From positions 189,596,001-189,660,000 of the forward strand of contig NC_091469.1 of assembly GCF_036971445.1 (NCBI RefSeq): DNA of 64,000 bases, in the 5' to 3' direction. Under the pieces are notes generated by a model. The model searched no databases. It worked only from the letters and a program-made list of their open reading frames with translations, and had not been told where the DNA came from. How positions within the stretch are numbered: the stretch's first letter is position 1; every line of letters starts with the position of its first letter. Origin of the DNA: Narcine bancroftii. Taxonomy: Eukaryota. Positions 1 to 13,319 of the stretch are shown here, one piece after another. Made by a program: the position numbers and the translations under genes.

Positions 1-1225
1 AATCTTGGGTGTTTACAACTGCACACTGAACTTTTTCCTAAAAGATTGCATATAAATGGTTCAGTTGAAGGCCGCAGTCGCGACCAAAAGATGTGCAGAT
101 CAAATTTTGAATCTCAATATCTACTGTGGATCATTCACACTAAAGTGGTGTAGAGGTAATTCACTACTGTATGCAGCCCACTGCTGCTGGGAGTCCTATT
201 CTACAGTCTGGGCAGGTACTAACTCCAAAATTACACTGAAAATTTACTCTGAATGAGGAGGAGCGATCCGTTCACATCTTAACTTGAACCAAGTGAAACT
301 CCACTTAATAAACCGAGTAGTAGTGGAATTACAGTTAGATCCCATGCAGATGGTAGTGATAACATGAGTAAAAGGGATCAGGTCAGATTGATTCCTGGCC
401 CTGCAACATTTGCTTGTTGATTGCCTTGATTAAAGGGTTAATACCAAGACCACTGTATAATCCTGTGGGAATATCAGTGAGATATTTTACTTCAGTATTC
501 TGTAAAGGATTGATGATGTGCTATAAATTAACACAATACCCAAGCCAACCAGGATTTTAAATTTGGGCTGAAGATTGGTGGTCCCAGAATGAATGAGTGA
601 ATAAAATTTGATCATCAAAAATGTTGAAAGTGATTTTTCAGGAAAGTATTTGCTCCCTTTTAATGCAGGTCTCCACCTTTGACATGTTTACCCCCTCACA
701 TATTATTTGAGATGATTTTGGTTTGCTTTATTTATTAATGACCAGGAAAGATATAATATACTTGGGAATAGAGAGAAATAATTTTTACCATCTGTGTCTA
801 ATCTTAGATTTCATCACAAGACTTTTCTGTAAATGGATCGTGTTCCAAGCATCGTTAATTTGGAATGTACTGAATAACTTTCACATATAGACAAACTATT
901 AATTACTGATGGCTTCTGGAATCTATTTTATAGAAAAACAGGATTATTATAAGATTGATTTGTGGTGCATTTATTTAGTCTCAAAATCAGATGCTGTGGA
1001 AAATATATTGGGCAGAATGTGTCTTTTGGAAAAGATAAAAATCAAGGAAATTAAAATTGGTGACCATTGTGGTTGAGCTGACCTTAAAATTTTTCTGCCT
1101 ATTAAAATTCTGTTTTTCTGATTTTATTTCATTTTCTTTTTAGCCTTTCATTTTGCAATTACTTATTTAATTTGTTTTCAGTTATGGCCTCTATGACCAT
1201 TGGTACTAGCGTATTTAAAAATGGA

Positions 1226-1865
1226 TGGAGCGGAGACAGCGCTGATAGAAGCATTCTAGGAACTGTAGGTGATGCCAGTAGAGGACCATTACCTACAGCT
1301 CCTAGCCCTGTCTCCGCTCCATCTTCAACATTCATTGGAATGACTTCATCACCAACATCGAAGTACTCGAGCTGGCAGAGTCCGCAAGCATCGAATCCAC
1401 GCTGCTGAAGACCCAACTGCGCTGGGTGGGTCACGTCTCCAGAATAGAGGACCATCGCCTTCCCAAGATCGTGTTCTATGGCGAGCTCTCCACTGGCCAC
1501 CGAGACAGAGGTGCACCAAAGAAGAGGTACAAGGACTGCTTAAAGAAATCTCTTGGTGCCTGCCCCATTGACCACCGCCAGTGGGCTGATCTCGCCTCAA
1601 ACCGTGCATCTTGGTGCCTCACAGTTCGGCGGGCAGCAACCTCCTTTGAGGAAGACCGCAGAGCCCACCTCACTGACAAAAGACAAAGGAGGAAAAACCC
1701 AACACCCAACCCCAACCCACCAATTTTCCCTTGCAACCGCTGCAACCGTGCCTGCCTGTCCCGCATCGGACTTGTCAGCCACAAACGAGCCTGCAGCTGA
1801 CGTGGACATTACCCCTCCATAAATCTTCGTCCGCGAAGCCAAGCCAAAGAAGAAAAGAAGAAAGA
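1226..1865 (+). mobile_element. RTE-clade LINE, 5'-truncated copy 1, with inverted 5' segment and 13-bp TSD
   Basis: ORF 1426-1800 (HRLPKIVFYGEL...CNRCNRACLSRIGLVSHKRACS) is an RTE ORF2 C-terminus. 3' UTR AAATCTTCGTCCGCGAAGCCAAGCC plus (A/G)-rich tail. TSD ATTTAAAAATGGA at 1213-1225 and 1866-1878. Confidence 0.93.
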
Positions 1866-1924
1866 ATTTAAAAATGGACTCTTACATGGGTGGGATTGGC
1901 AAGGCTGGCATTTGTTATTTATCT

Positions 1925-2125
1925 CTACACTATTACAGCACCAGCAACCTAGGTTTGAATTCGGCACTATCTGTAAGGAGTCTATGTGCCCTCATGGGCC
2001 TCCTCCGGGGTACTTCGGTTGTCTCCCACGATCCAAGGGTTAAAGGTTAATTGTTCACAAGGGTGTATTTAGGTGGTGCAGGTTTGTGGGCTAGAAGTTC
2101 CTGTTACTGTGCCGTATCACAAAAC
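1925..2125 (+). mobile_element. V-SINE (HE1-like) tRNA-derived SINE, decayed
   Basis: B-box-like GGTTTGAATTC followed by V-domain-like TGTAAGGAGT...CCTCCGGGGTACTTCGGTTGTCTCCCAC. Similar to copies at 47025 and 52258. Confidence 0.7.
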
Positions 2126-5100
2126 TGGAAAAAAAAGTGGTTGTGAGCCTCTGAGAACTGTTGTAGACTGTGTTAATCTCCAACAGTGACATTTCTAGAT
2201 TTACTGCAAACAGAGATGACAACCAACCAGCTCTCAAGGTGTGTCCTCTAATTGGACCTGTTGGACGTAACCTGTCGCAAAACCTGGCAACTGAATGAAG
2301 TATAGGTGGAACACTCAATCCCGTGATCTATCTTGCGATTTTTCACGAAGGGGTTTTTTTTCCCTCCTTCCAGTTCATTATGTCAATTATAATGATTGAA
2401 TTCATTGTATTTGATTTTCTAATTGTATTACACTGGGAACAGCCCCGACACCACACACCCCACCCAAGGATTCTAACTTGTGTTTAAAGATCCAAGGGCC
2501 TGTGTAAAAACAAGTGGTTCCCCTCTGTTCTTCCCAAACTTCTCCACCAGCTAATTCCCCAGCACATTGAGAGGCTCGAGAATTGGGAATAGTAATTCAT
2601 TCTACACCACTCAATGTTTTGGCATCAGATTCATTTTTGGGACTTAGAATTCTCCCCTGGAGTCAAGGATTGGCCACTTTTGGTCCTAATTCTCATTGTC
2701 CAGACCCTCCTGCCTGATTGGAAACCAAGCTTGTCAAAGATTAAAGAAGCTTGCATGCAGCTCAAATACCACTTTGCACAGAGAACAGTAGACTTCTTGA
2801 ATTCCTCCCTGAAATCCTGCAACTATCCATGTAATGCAATTAATATCTAGGCTGTGATTCTTTAGCATCCTGTAGATATAAAAATGCAAGTTCCAGTTCA
2901 CATTGTTGCTTCACTTTTGCCATTTTTGGGGTTGAATCCTGGCTGACCTTTGGTGTCCTCTATCAACATGGACATTTACTATATCAATTTTCAGTTTCAA
3001 ATCCTCAACAGTAAACTGATTTTTGCTTCAGTTCATGTTGTGGAGTTTGGCCATCGCTGGGAAGGCCAGCTGTCATTGCTCATTCCTCATGCTGGGCAAA
3101 GCTGCCTTTGTGAACAGCTGGGGAATGTCCTCCTACAATGCTGTTGGGTCAGGAGTTCCAAGATTTATATCTACCCATACGGAAGTTTGAACAATATTCT
3201 TCCTAGTTGGGATGATGTACAACTGTTCCTGGCCTTGGTTGGTTCAATTTCATTACCAAACAAAGCTCTCTTACCAAAAGAAGTGTGCTACCTGGTCATA
3301 AAATTCTAAATGGTCTTCCACTCTCCATCTCCCTGCTCTCATGGTTTTACTGTAGAGATGTGGTATGAAATTGAATAGCACTGTGTAGCCTGGATAACTA
3401 TCCACAGGAATTAAATAGCCATCCTGTTTTCCCCTTTGCCACCTGGAATTGCAAGGTTTCAGCAGGTGACACAAGAAATTTGACATCCAATAATGTCGCC
3501 ACTCCACTGACTTTGAAACAATGTGCCTGTATTAACCTTTATACTGATTTACACGGTGGGATTTTGCAGCTCATTACACTGGGATTACTCTGGTTTCTTT
3601 GCTTATCTTCTGCAACTGAATTCACTGCAACAATTTACAGACAGGCACAAATGAATTCAGTGTTTTGTGAACAAAAGAAAACTGGTAACTCTATTCTGTG
3701 GGTGAAAGTGCACGATGGATTGAAACGTAACAAATTAGCCTTTTGTTCAGTCATTAAGGTGAAGCTTACTCCATTCACTCATTTATGGATCATTTACCAC
3801 ACAGTGAACAAGAAAACTGGGCCCTCATTATTGCTTATCTGATCTTAGACCCTTAGCCTTGCTATCCACCTGCTCTCATCTCTGTGATCCTCCTGTTCGG
3901 TGCACTTTGGCAGCTAAAACTTTGGCAGCAGCTCAGCAAAATCAGCAAAATCCAGCAACCCTAATCTCAAAGTATAATTAAGTTAAAGTTGTCAGAAATT
4001 CAATTCAACACCATCACTGAGAGAAAGTTTGACAATGCTTTGTGATCAAACTGAGGTGCCAGCAGTGCTGGGAAAAGATCAAGAACTGAAGGGAGGAATT
4101 AATCACCATTGTTCCTTTAGCACTCATATTTAAACAAAAGCTGAAAAAACTTTTTTTGAACAAGTTATTTACTTAGTGTGAAATTACTCAACAATTGTAC
4201 TTGATAAAGGCACAAATCAATGGAAAATGTAATTAACATAATTGGTGAGGCCTACCCAGTTGGAAGTATCTCAAAAGCTGTTGAATTTTAAAACATGGCG
4301 TGATCGAGCAGCACACACACACACAGTGTCTGTACACAGGTGCAAGCAACTTGCATGCACTTCCTTCAACTGTCTTGCGTTTCTTGGTGAGAGGTGAAAA
4401 ATTCTTTTGCTGCTAGTAGGTGTGTGCTGATATATTAGTTCACATTCACCTGTATATTTTGTGTTGGTTATTACTGTAATGTTCTGTGCTGACACTGTGT
4501 TTGTGGTTTCATATTGTAATGGTTTGATCTCACACTATAACACAAGGTGAGTGTTATGTTTATGCTGGATAATGCATGTGATATTATATTCCAGTGGTTT
4601 GTCTGGATAATGTATGTAAAGTAATATTGATAAGCCTAACACTAGTAAATGTTGAATCCCACACCTGGGCATGGAGATGATAGGCTAAACCCTCAGATTA
4701 GCACAGGAGAGCAGGAAAAACTGTATTGATGATTTCAAGAATCAGTATTTAGTGGTATAGGATCTCAATAAGATCCATGTAAATAGAACAAATATCCTAA
4801 TTAACAATGTTACACCATACGGAAGAGCTGTTGGACATCTTGTGACACTTCCTTTTGGAAATGTGGCTTCATCATTGCTCTGCCACATGGATTTAGTTAT
4901 ATTACCTACAATGTTCCTGAGGATAGTCATCAAATCATTTGAATTTGCAGCTAAACCTGCCAAAAATCTGTTCATGGCTGTGAAAATCTTGGAAAAAGAA
5001 ACATGATATGCTTGATAAATGTTGATACAACAATTAATCAGAAGAACAGTGAATGCACAGCTCTCCCATCCAGCCTAACAACTTCTGCACTGTTTTGGTT

Positions 5101-6338
5101 TTGCAGAAACCTCTTCCTACCTTGCTCTATCAATTCCTATGCAGCCATCTTTCTAATCCTATCTTCCTCAGGTACTTGTGCAGTCACATCTGCTTGACCT
5201 TGTGGTAGCAAGTTCCCCAATCCCATTATTCACTGAATAAAGACACTTTTTAAAAAAGTTTATTTAAAATAAAAGCACTTAGCAAACATATTACAATATT
5301 TCAAACTTAATCAAAATACATGTGGTATTTATATAATAAAGAAAAAAAAGTAAAAAAATTAAAAAAGAAAAATCTTCTATAAATTCCCCCTACAAACTTG
5401 GGGAAAAAAGAGAGGAAAATTAAAAAAAGGGATGAAAAGCACAACAGGAGTACTTCACTTCCTGATACCTTTAAATATATAATATCTGATTTCCAAGTTA
5501 TAGCAATACATTTTCTAGCTATTGCCAAAGCAATTTGAACAAATATTACTTGATAAATATTCAGTTTTAATTTAGGTTTAATTCCTCTAACATCTCCCAG
5601 TAAAAAATAACATTGGATCCTGTGGGAATCTAACTCCAGTTATTCATTCTAATAAATTACCCAAATCAAACCAAAAAGGTTTAATTGTGGAACACTGCCA
5701 TTTCAAAAGCAAAAAGTACCAATTTCTTGTCCACATCTAAAACATAAATCTGAATAAATTTAAATCATATTATGTAACTTGTGGTGTTAAATATAAAAAT
5801 TATATTTATCTAACTGATATCTCACATTTATTGTACTTTCACACTCTCTCCACATATCTGAATCCATCTATGTTTATCTATTTGTTTATTTAAATCTACC
5901 TCCCATTTATGTCTTGTTTCATGAACTCCTTCTTTTCAAGCCTTCTTTTGTAATAATTTATACATCTCTGAAATAATTTTTTGTACATCCTTATTACTTA
6001 ATTATACTTCTTTCTCAGCTGGTAATATTAAATTTTGGCCAAAAATTTCACCAAAAAACTCAACTTGATAATAACAAAATTTTGTATTTTCCAATATCTT
6101 AAATTTTTACTTCATTCTACTAAAAGTAATACATTTCCCAGCCTCAAAACATCTTCAATTTTCTTAATATCAAAATTTTGCTAAATTTTTAAAAAGTATT
6201 TTCCATAGAAAATGGAATGTCTATTTAGAAATAAAAGTGTTCTTCCCAACATTAAACCTTTTCCTCCAATCTCTTTATCAACTTTATTCCAAAGTTTAAT
6301 TAAAATTTTCAGCATGGGTGTTTCTCTATTTGCTATTA

Positions 6339-7465
6339 GCTGAACCAAGCCATGAAAGACCTCAACAATGAAGACGCTGTTTACATCCGGTACCGCACGG
6401 ATGGCAGTCTCTTCAATCTGAGGCGCCTGCAAGCTCACACCAAGACACAAGAGCAACTTGTCCGTGAACTACTCTTTGCAGATGATGCCGCTTTAGTTGC
6501 CCATTCAGAACCAGCTCTTCAGCACTTGACGTCCTGTTTTGCGGAAACTGCCAAAATGTTTGGCCTGAAAGTCAACCTGAAGAAAACTGAGGTCCTCCAT
6601 CAGCCAGCTCCCCACCAAGTCCACCAGCCCCCTGACATCTCCATCGGGCACACAAAACTCAAAACGGTCAACCAGTTTACCTATCTCAGCTGCACCATTT
6701 CATCGGATGCAAGGATCGACAACGAGATAGACAACAGACTCGCAAAGGCAAATAGCGCCTTTGGAAGACTACACAAAAGAGTCTGGAAAAACAAACAACT
6801 GAAAAACCTCACAAAGATTAGCGTATACAGAGCCGTTGTCATACCCACACTCCTGTTCGGCTCTGAATCATGGGTCTTCTACCGGCATCACCTACGGCTC
6901 CTAGAACGCTTCCACCAGCATTGTCTCCGCTCCATCCTCAACATTCATTGGAGCGACTTCATCCCTAACATCGAAGTACTCGAGATGGCAGAGGCCGTCA
7001 GCATCGAGTCCATGCTGCTGAAGATCCAACTGCGCTGGGTAGGTCACGTCTCCAGAATGGAGGACCATCGCCTTCCCAAGATCGTGTTATATGGCGAGCT
7101 CTCCACTGGCCACCATGACAGAGGTGCACCAAAGAAGAGGTACAAGGACTGCCTAAAGAAATCTCTTGGTGCCTGCCACATTGACCACCGCCAGTGGGCT
7201 GATATCACCTCAAACCGTGCATCTTGGCGCCTCACAGTTCGGCAGGCAGCAACCTCCTTTGAAGAAGACCACACAGCCCACCTCACTGACAAAAGACAAA
7301 GGAGGAAAAACTCAACACCCAACCCCAACCAACCAATTTTCCCCTGCAAATGCTACAACCGTGTCTGCCTGTCCCGCATCGGACTTGTCAGCCACAAACG
7401 AGCCTGCAGCTGACGTGGACATTTTACCCCTCCATAAATCTTCGTCCGTGGAGCCAAGCTAAAGA
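6339..7465 (+). mobile_element. RTE-clade LINE, 5'-truncated copy 2, nested in L1
   Basis: Open frame 6352-7413 (353 aa) with RT motif LLFADD and C-terminal Cys/His motif. Same 3' UTR as the other copies. Abrupt GC shift against the AT-rich L1 on both sides. Confidence 0.95.
6352..7413 (+). pseudogene. RTE ORF2 C-terminal part (RT domain end + C-terminal Zn-finger-like motif), 5'-truncated
   Basis: ELLFADDAALVAHSE, YLSCTISSDA, LLFGSESW, RWVGHVSRM. Lacks the endonuclease and the N-terminal RT. Confidence 0.9.
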
Positions 7466-10400
7466 TTAACAATCTTGGATTCCATTTTTAAATTAAATGT
7501 TGTGAATCTGTTTTTCATATTTTGTTAAGTTCTATATTCACCCATGCTGGAATGTTACTTAAATCATACATTACATTAATAAATATCAACTGTGCTGCTT
7601 TATAATAATTCATAAAATTTGGAGCCATAAACCTCCTAAATCATATTTCCATGTCAATTTCTCCAAATAAACCCTAGCCATTTTCCCTTACCATAAAATA
7701 TTTTAATTCCTTAAATAAATTTTGGAGAATTGATATTGAAAATGAGTGAAATAAATATTGTATTCAAGGAAAATCATTCATCTTAACACTGTTTACTCTA
7801 TCCATCAAAGTAATAGGTAGCATACTCTATCTTTCCAAATCCTCTTTAAGTTTCTTTAATAAGTAATTTTGTCATGTTTTATTGCACACGAATATCTAAA
7901 TATTTTATTCCAAGATCTGGCCATCTAGATTCAATTACTTCCTTATATTTCTCATAATCCCCATTATCTAAAGACATAATTTCACTTTTAAAGCAATTAA
8001 TTTTATAATCCAATATGTCTCCATATTCTTTTATTCTAATTTTAAGTTGTTGCAAAGAATTTGAAGGATCTGTTAAATAAATCAAAACATGCTCTGGAAA
8101 TCAATTTATTTTATATTCTTCTTGTTTAACCTTAATACCCACAATCTTTGAATCCTGTCTTATTAATTCAGCTAACAGTTCTATTGCTAAAACAAATGAA
8201 GTTGGTGACAATGGGCAACCTTGTCTACTTAATCTAGTTAATTCAAAAGATGTTGAAATCTGTCCATTAGTCATTACTTTTGCAATAGTTTTTTTTGTAC
8301 AACATTTTAACCCAATCAACATTTCTTTAGAACTTTAAAGAGGAAATCCCATTCTAATCTATCAAATGCCTTTTCAGCATCAAAAGATACTGCCATATTC
8401 AGGTCTCCCCTTTTTTGGACCAAATGTATCAATCTTGTAAGCCTTGATACGTTATCTGCAGATTTCTGACCCTTAACAAATCCAGTTTTTGATCCATATG
8501 TATTAATTTCAGTAAATATTTTGCTAATCTATTTACTAATATTTTATAATCTGTATTTAATAATGAAATTGAGGTATTAAAATATCTTTAAATTTCTTAT
8601 AAAATTCTACAGGAAATCCATCTTCTCCAGGCAATTTATTATTTTGCAATGAGCTCATGACCTCACTAATTTCACTTATTGAAAATCTACATTAAAATCT
8701 TTCTTTTCCACATCATTCGGACTAGGTAAAGTAATTTGAGATAAAAACTTGTCAATCTTATTTTCATCATGTACTGATTCCGAATGATACAATTCAGAAG
8801 AAAGTTACCCAAGTACATCATTTATTTCTTGTAGTTTATATGTAATAGTCCCCAAAGTTTTTTTAACTGCATTAATGACTCTAGATATCTGTTCTGCTTT
8901 CAATTGCCATGCTAAAACTTTGAGCTCTTTCTCCTAATTCATAATATCTCTGTTTGGTTCTTTGAATTAATTTTTCTGTTCTATATTTCTGAATAGTATT
9001 GTATTTAAGTTTTTTTTAATTAATTAATTGCTTTCCTTTCCTTCAGAAGGATTATTTTGTAAATCGTTTTCTAATTTACCTATGTCTTGTTCTAATTGAT
9101 TTGTATCTTTTATATATTTTTTTAATTTTAGCAATTAACTTATTATTTGATCTTATATATGCTTTTAATGCATCCCAAATAACACAATTATTATCTAATG
9201 AATTAAAATTCACTTCTAAAAATAATTGAATTTGTTTTTTTATAAAATCACAAAATTGAAAAACGTCCATCTAAATGGTATATTTTTTCCTCTAAGATTG
9301 AACATGTTAATCTTAGAGGAATGAAGTGGCGAATGGTCAGAAAGTATTCTTGCTTTATACTTAACTTTACTAATCCTTTCTTGTAACTGTGATGATAATT
9401 TTAAAAAATTATTCTCAAATAAGAGACATGCCTATGAGAATAAAAAGAATAATCTTTTTCTCTAATATTCAACTTCTGCCAAATATCAACTAAATTTAAT
9501 TCCTTCATAAAACTTAACATTAGCCTTTGCTGCTTTATCTCTTATTACTGTTTTAGTTGATTTATCCAATAATGGATCAAAAATTAAAATCACCTCCAAT
9601 TAAAACCTCTTCCTGAGTAAAGACTTTTCTTGCATTGTCATTAGAAGCAAAATTTGGCAGGGAAGTCCACGGCATGGAACACCACTGGGATAAAAGAATG
9701 CAAAAAATGACACAATAATTTGTAATCTGGATCTTGGATTTTATCAGGAGGGTGGTCTGGAATTTTGCAGCCAGAAAGAAGCAAATTAAATAAGTGAAGG
9801 CAGGTTTGAAGATGAGGAAAAAAAAATCAGGAATACAAAAAAGCTGGGAAACAAGAAAGAGAGGCATGACTGTGTTTGTGCACTAATATTTGAAGACAGT
9901 AAGATGGTTTAGAAAGCACTAATAACACAAATTGGACCTTGCACTTCATGAATGGAATTGTTGATTTTGATAAAACCTAGTATAAAACACTTGCTCAACA
10001 CTACTGGAGTATTGTACTTAATTCTGAGCACTACTCTTTACGTAAGTAAGATTGGCTTTGGAATGGATATGGAAAACATTTCCTTCAACAATGAAATTAC
10101 AGCTACAGGCATTACTGGAGAAAATGGCTTTGCACTCTGGAAAACTGAAAGCTGTAAATACATTTAATATGGGTGTTAAAATAATGAAAGATTATGATGG
10201 AATAAGTGAAGAGAAATTCTTTCCAATGGCTAAAGATTGATGATGATATTTAAGGCAAAAAAAAATGGCAGAAAGAAAATAGTATGTGGAAACTAGATGG
10301 GATTTAGAATGATTCAAGGTAGCTTTCAAAAGAGAATTGCCTAAATAATTAAAGAGGAAAATATTGAGAAATATGGGAAAGGAGTGGGGGAATTGACTAG

Positions 10401-12879
10401 CGAGATGCTCTTCAAAAGAACAGATGTAAACTCTAAGAGCTGTGGTATACTAAGAGTATGTTCAGTGAGTATTTCCAGTCAGTAATATCGTCTCACACAT
10501 GGTTGGAAAATGTTTCTGAATTTGTTATTTGTAAAGAAAGTTCATAATGACCAGTTTATCTCATAACACTCCCTGCACATTTTGACTTTCTGTAACACCT
10601 ACACTGCAATTTTGTTTTGTATATAATTTCCTGTTGTACTCAAGTGTGGGTTAACTTGTCTAGATAGCACTCAAAACAAAATGTTTATCAATGGTTTTTT
10701 TTGGTATACATGACAATGAACAATTCAATTCAGTATTTTTTAATTGGTGAGGATACTGAGGGACTCATAGCCAAGATGGATAAATGGAGTTGAGTTAGAA
10801 ATTACAAGTATTGTACATTTTCTTTATCTGCTTACCAATCCCTGCCAATAGAAACAGCTTGAACTTGTCATACATTTCATGGATCAAAACACCTGTGCTG
10901 AATATCCTTGTAACTTTTGCTGCTCTTGGGAAAATGATCCCTGAATCTCCTAGTCTTTCCAAAGAATGCAAATCCTGGTATTTTTCAGTAATAATTCTAC
11001 CCACCACCCTCCCCCTCGTCATCCCAATCCATTGCCAAAGAGTACTACTGAATGGAAAGTGATTCGGCTCCAACAATAGCCTGCCACACATATTTTGCTG
11101 CCTCTGTTACCTTGTTATTTTCCAGTACTTTATTATTGATATGTTTTTTATTACATGCACCTTCACCAAGATTATAATCTTTTAGTAGATTGAACATCAC
11201 TAAACTATTCACCTTCTCTCTTTGACTGAAGTAAATTCTACTTTTCTCCATTTTAAAATCTGAATGAGGAGTGCGACTTTCTTTTAGTTCCAGTGGAAGG
11301 TTATGCCTATAATGTTAATCTTCCACTTTTTTCTCTTTTGTTATTCATTCTCTGGAAACAGGCTAGTTCACCAAGCCATGGCCTACATTGTTCCAAGTTT
11401 AATGTTGCCTGGCTTGTTGGGCCATTTAGTTTAATGCCAACACAATAAGTGTGGGACTTGTCCTACATATGTACTAGATAAAGCAGGCATGATGGATTTT
11501 CTTCCCCAGAGGAGAGTAATGAATGGGCTGGGTTTTTAAAGCAAACAGACTGTGATCATTTTATCTGGTACCATACTTCTGAAGAGTTTGTCTTAAAAAC
11601 AGAATTGAGATGATAAACAAGAGATTTAAGTTCACATTTCTGTTGATTGTAGGCCATTATTAGTCAAGTAATTTGACCTCTGCATTATCGTACTTGTATT
11701 CTTTCCAGAATTTCTGAGCATTTGTTAAATTGAAAGGTTATATGAAGCTCCCTTTAGTTCCTGTCATTTCAACTTGCTGGGATAAGCCTCAGAAATCCCT
11801 TATTTGGTTCACTGACTTCAACTCTCTGCTGCCCCCTTTTGTCAAGTTGGCATTGTTGCCTTCTTGTTAAAAAGCTCAGCAACAATAAGTCCTGACTGGA
11901 ATTTGACAGTTCTCCTGCCTCCTCACTAAGACTATAGATGTTAGGCCAGGTCTTATTGATCAGGCCATAAATTACCCATGAATGCTTCATTCTCAGGCCC
12001 AAACCCAGGGATTTTAAAACAGGTTCACCAAATTGTCAATTAAGTGCAAATCAATCCTCAGCCATTTATCACCACTGTTAATCTGGCCATGCAGTCCTAG
12101 GCAAAAAATCAATAGCAACTGTCGCAAGGGAGCAATTGAAGAGAGCTATAGGACCAACATCTGCTGTATAAGGGCAACAACTGAAATTTATTTTTGCTGA
12201 AAATGACACAATAGCAACAGTGAAAGCTGCAAACTTCTTCCAGCTGGATGTTCAGGAAAATTAGGTTCTTTATTTCCTCCCCATATCCAAAAGGCAACAG
12301 GTCTTTTCACTACTTTCCTACCTTGCCACGCCCTACTCCATGCTCCAATCCTGTCCCCCATCCCCTCCAACCCCCCCCACAGTTCAGTTCAAAAGAAACA
12401 TCTTGACTGAGATTACTCCTGGCATTTTCTTTTCTTTTTTAAATGTTTCCTACAAAAATAACATGCCATAAAATGTAAACTGCTGCCTGAGATGGGAAAG
12501 GTCAATCGATTTCACTTTCAAGCTACTCTTGGCCTTAGTTCACCCCTCTGCCAGCTGTTGGTTTGCTCTGGGCACCTGTCTACACTCTCTCTGTCACCCC
12601 AGCCAAGGAGGAGCAACAGGACCAAGACCAAGTAGTGCAGAGGTGATGTCAGGTGGCACTTGCTCACAACAGGGGCCGTGCATGTAAGAAACCCTCTCCC
12701 TGTGAGACTTGGGACTTCAGCTGAATGTTTTCAAACCAACGCTGATAGATTTTTATTTGGCAAAGAAGATTAAAGGAAATGTTAAGCAAAGAGTGCAAGG
12801 TTGTTGTTGGTGCACAATTCAGCCAAGTTTTCAATCTCCATCCTGCATGCTACTCATCCCTTTCCTTTACACAACCCTT

Positions 12880-13065
12880 ACCATGATAACGTCAGCAAAT
12901 TTATAGATGGTGTTACTGTTGCACTGAGCTACACAGTCGTAGGTGTAAAGTGAATAGAACAGGGAGGTAAGAACTCAGCCTGTGGTGCTCTGGTACTGAT
13001 GGAGGCTGTGGATGGAAAGAGAAGGTCAACATTGCACTTGGAGGTTCTTGACCTGAATTGTCAAC
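12880..13065 (-). mobile_element. Rex1/Babar-like LINE RT fragment
   Basis: Reverse complement reads GAPQ...SLYTYDCVAQCNSNTIYKFAD, homologous to the Rex1-like RT at 50084. Confidence 0.7.
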
Positions 13066-13319
13066 CATCCCTTTGCTGCACAATGTGCTGAGTTCTTTCA
13101 GCAGTTTTTTTTAAGCTCCAGATTCTAGCATCTGTAGTCATTTGTGTCTCCAGTAAAGGAAATGTAACATAGGCAGATAGATTGTCTTAAGCTATAAATT
13201 AATTATGATTGAATCCAGCCATTCTCGGTGGTGGGGGGGGGGGGGGGTGGGGGTGTACAGTCCCCGGTGGGCCCCAGCTCTGAAATCATTTAAAAAAATG
13301 TATGTGGAAGGGCCTAACA

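Larger units (their letters stand above)
5245..9625 (-). mobile_element. L1/Tx1-clade LINE ORF2 remnant (APE-RT-C-terminus), heavily decayed, interrupted by RTE copy 2
   Basis: Minus-strand peptides in the expected order: LIGGDFN (APE, ~9590), IWDALKAYIR (9076-9270), TNGQISTSFELTRLSRQGCPLSP (RT, 8101-8322), IKYLDI (7879-8085), ARKCIAITWKSD (5307-5528). Confidence 0.88.
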
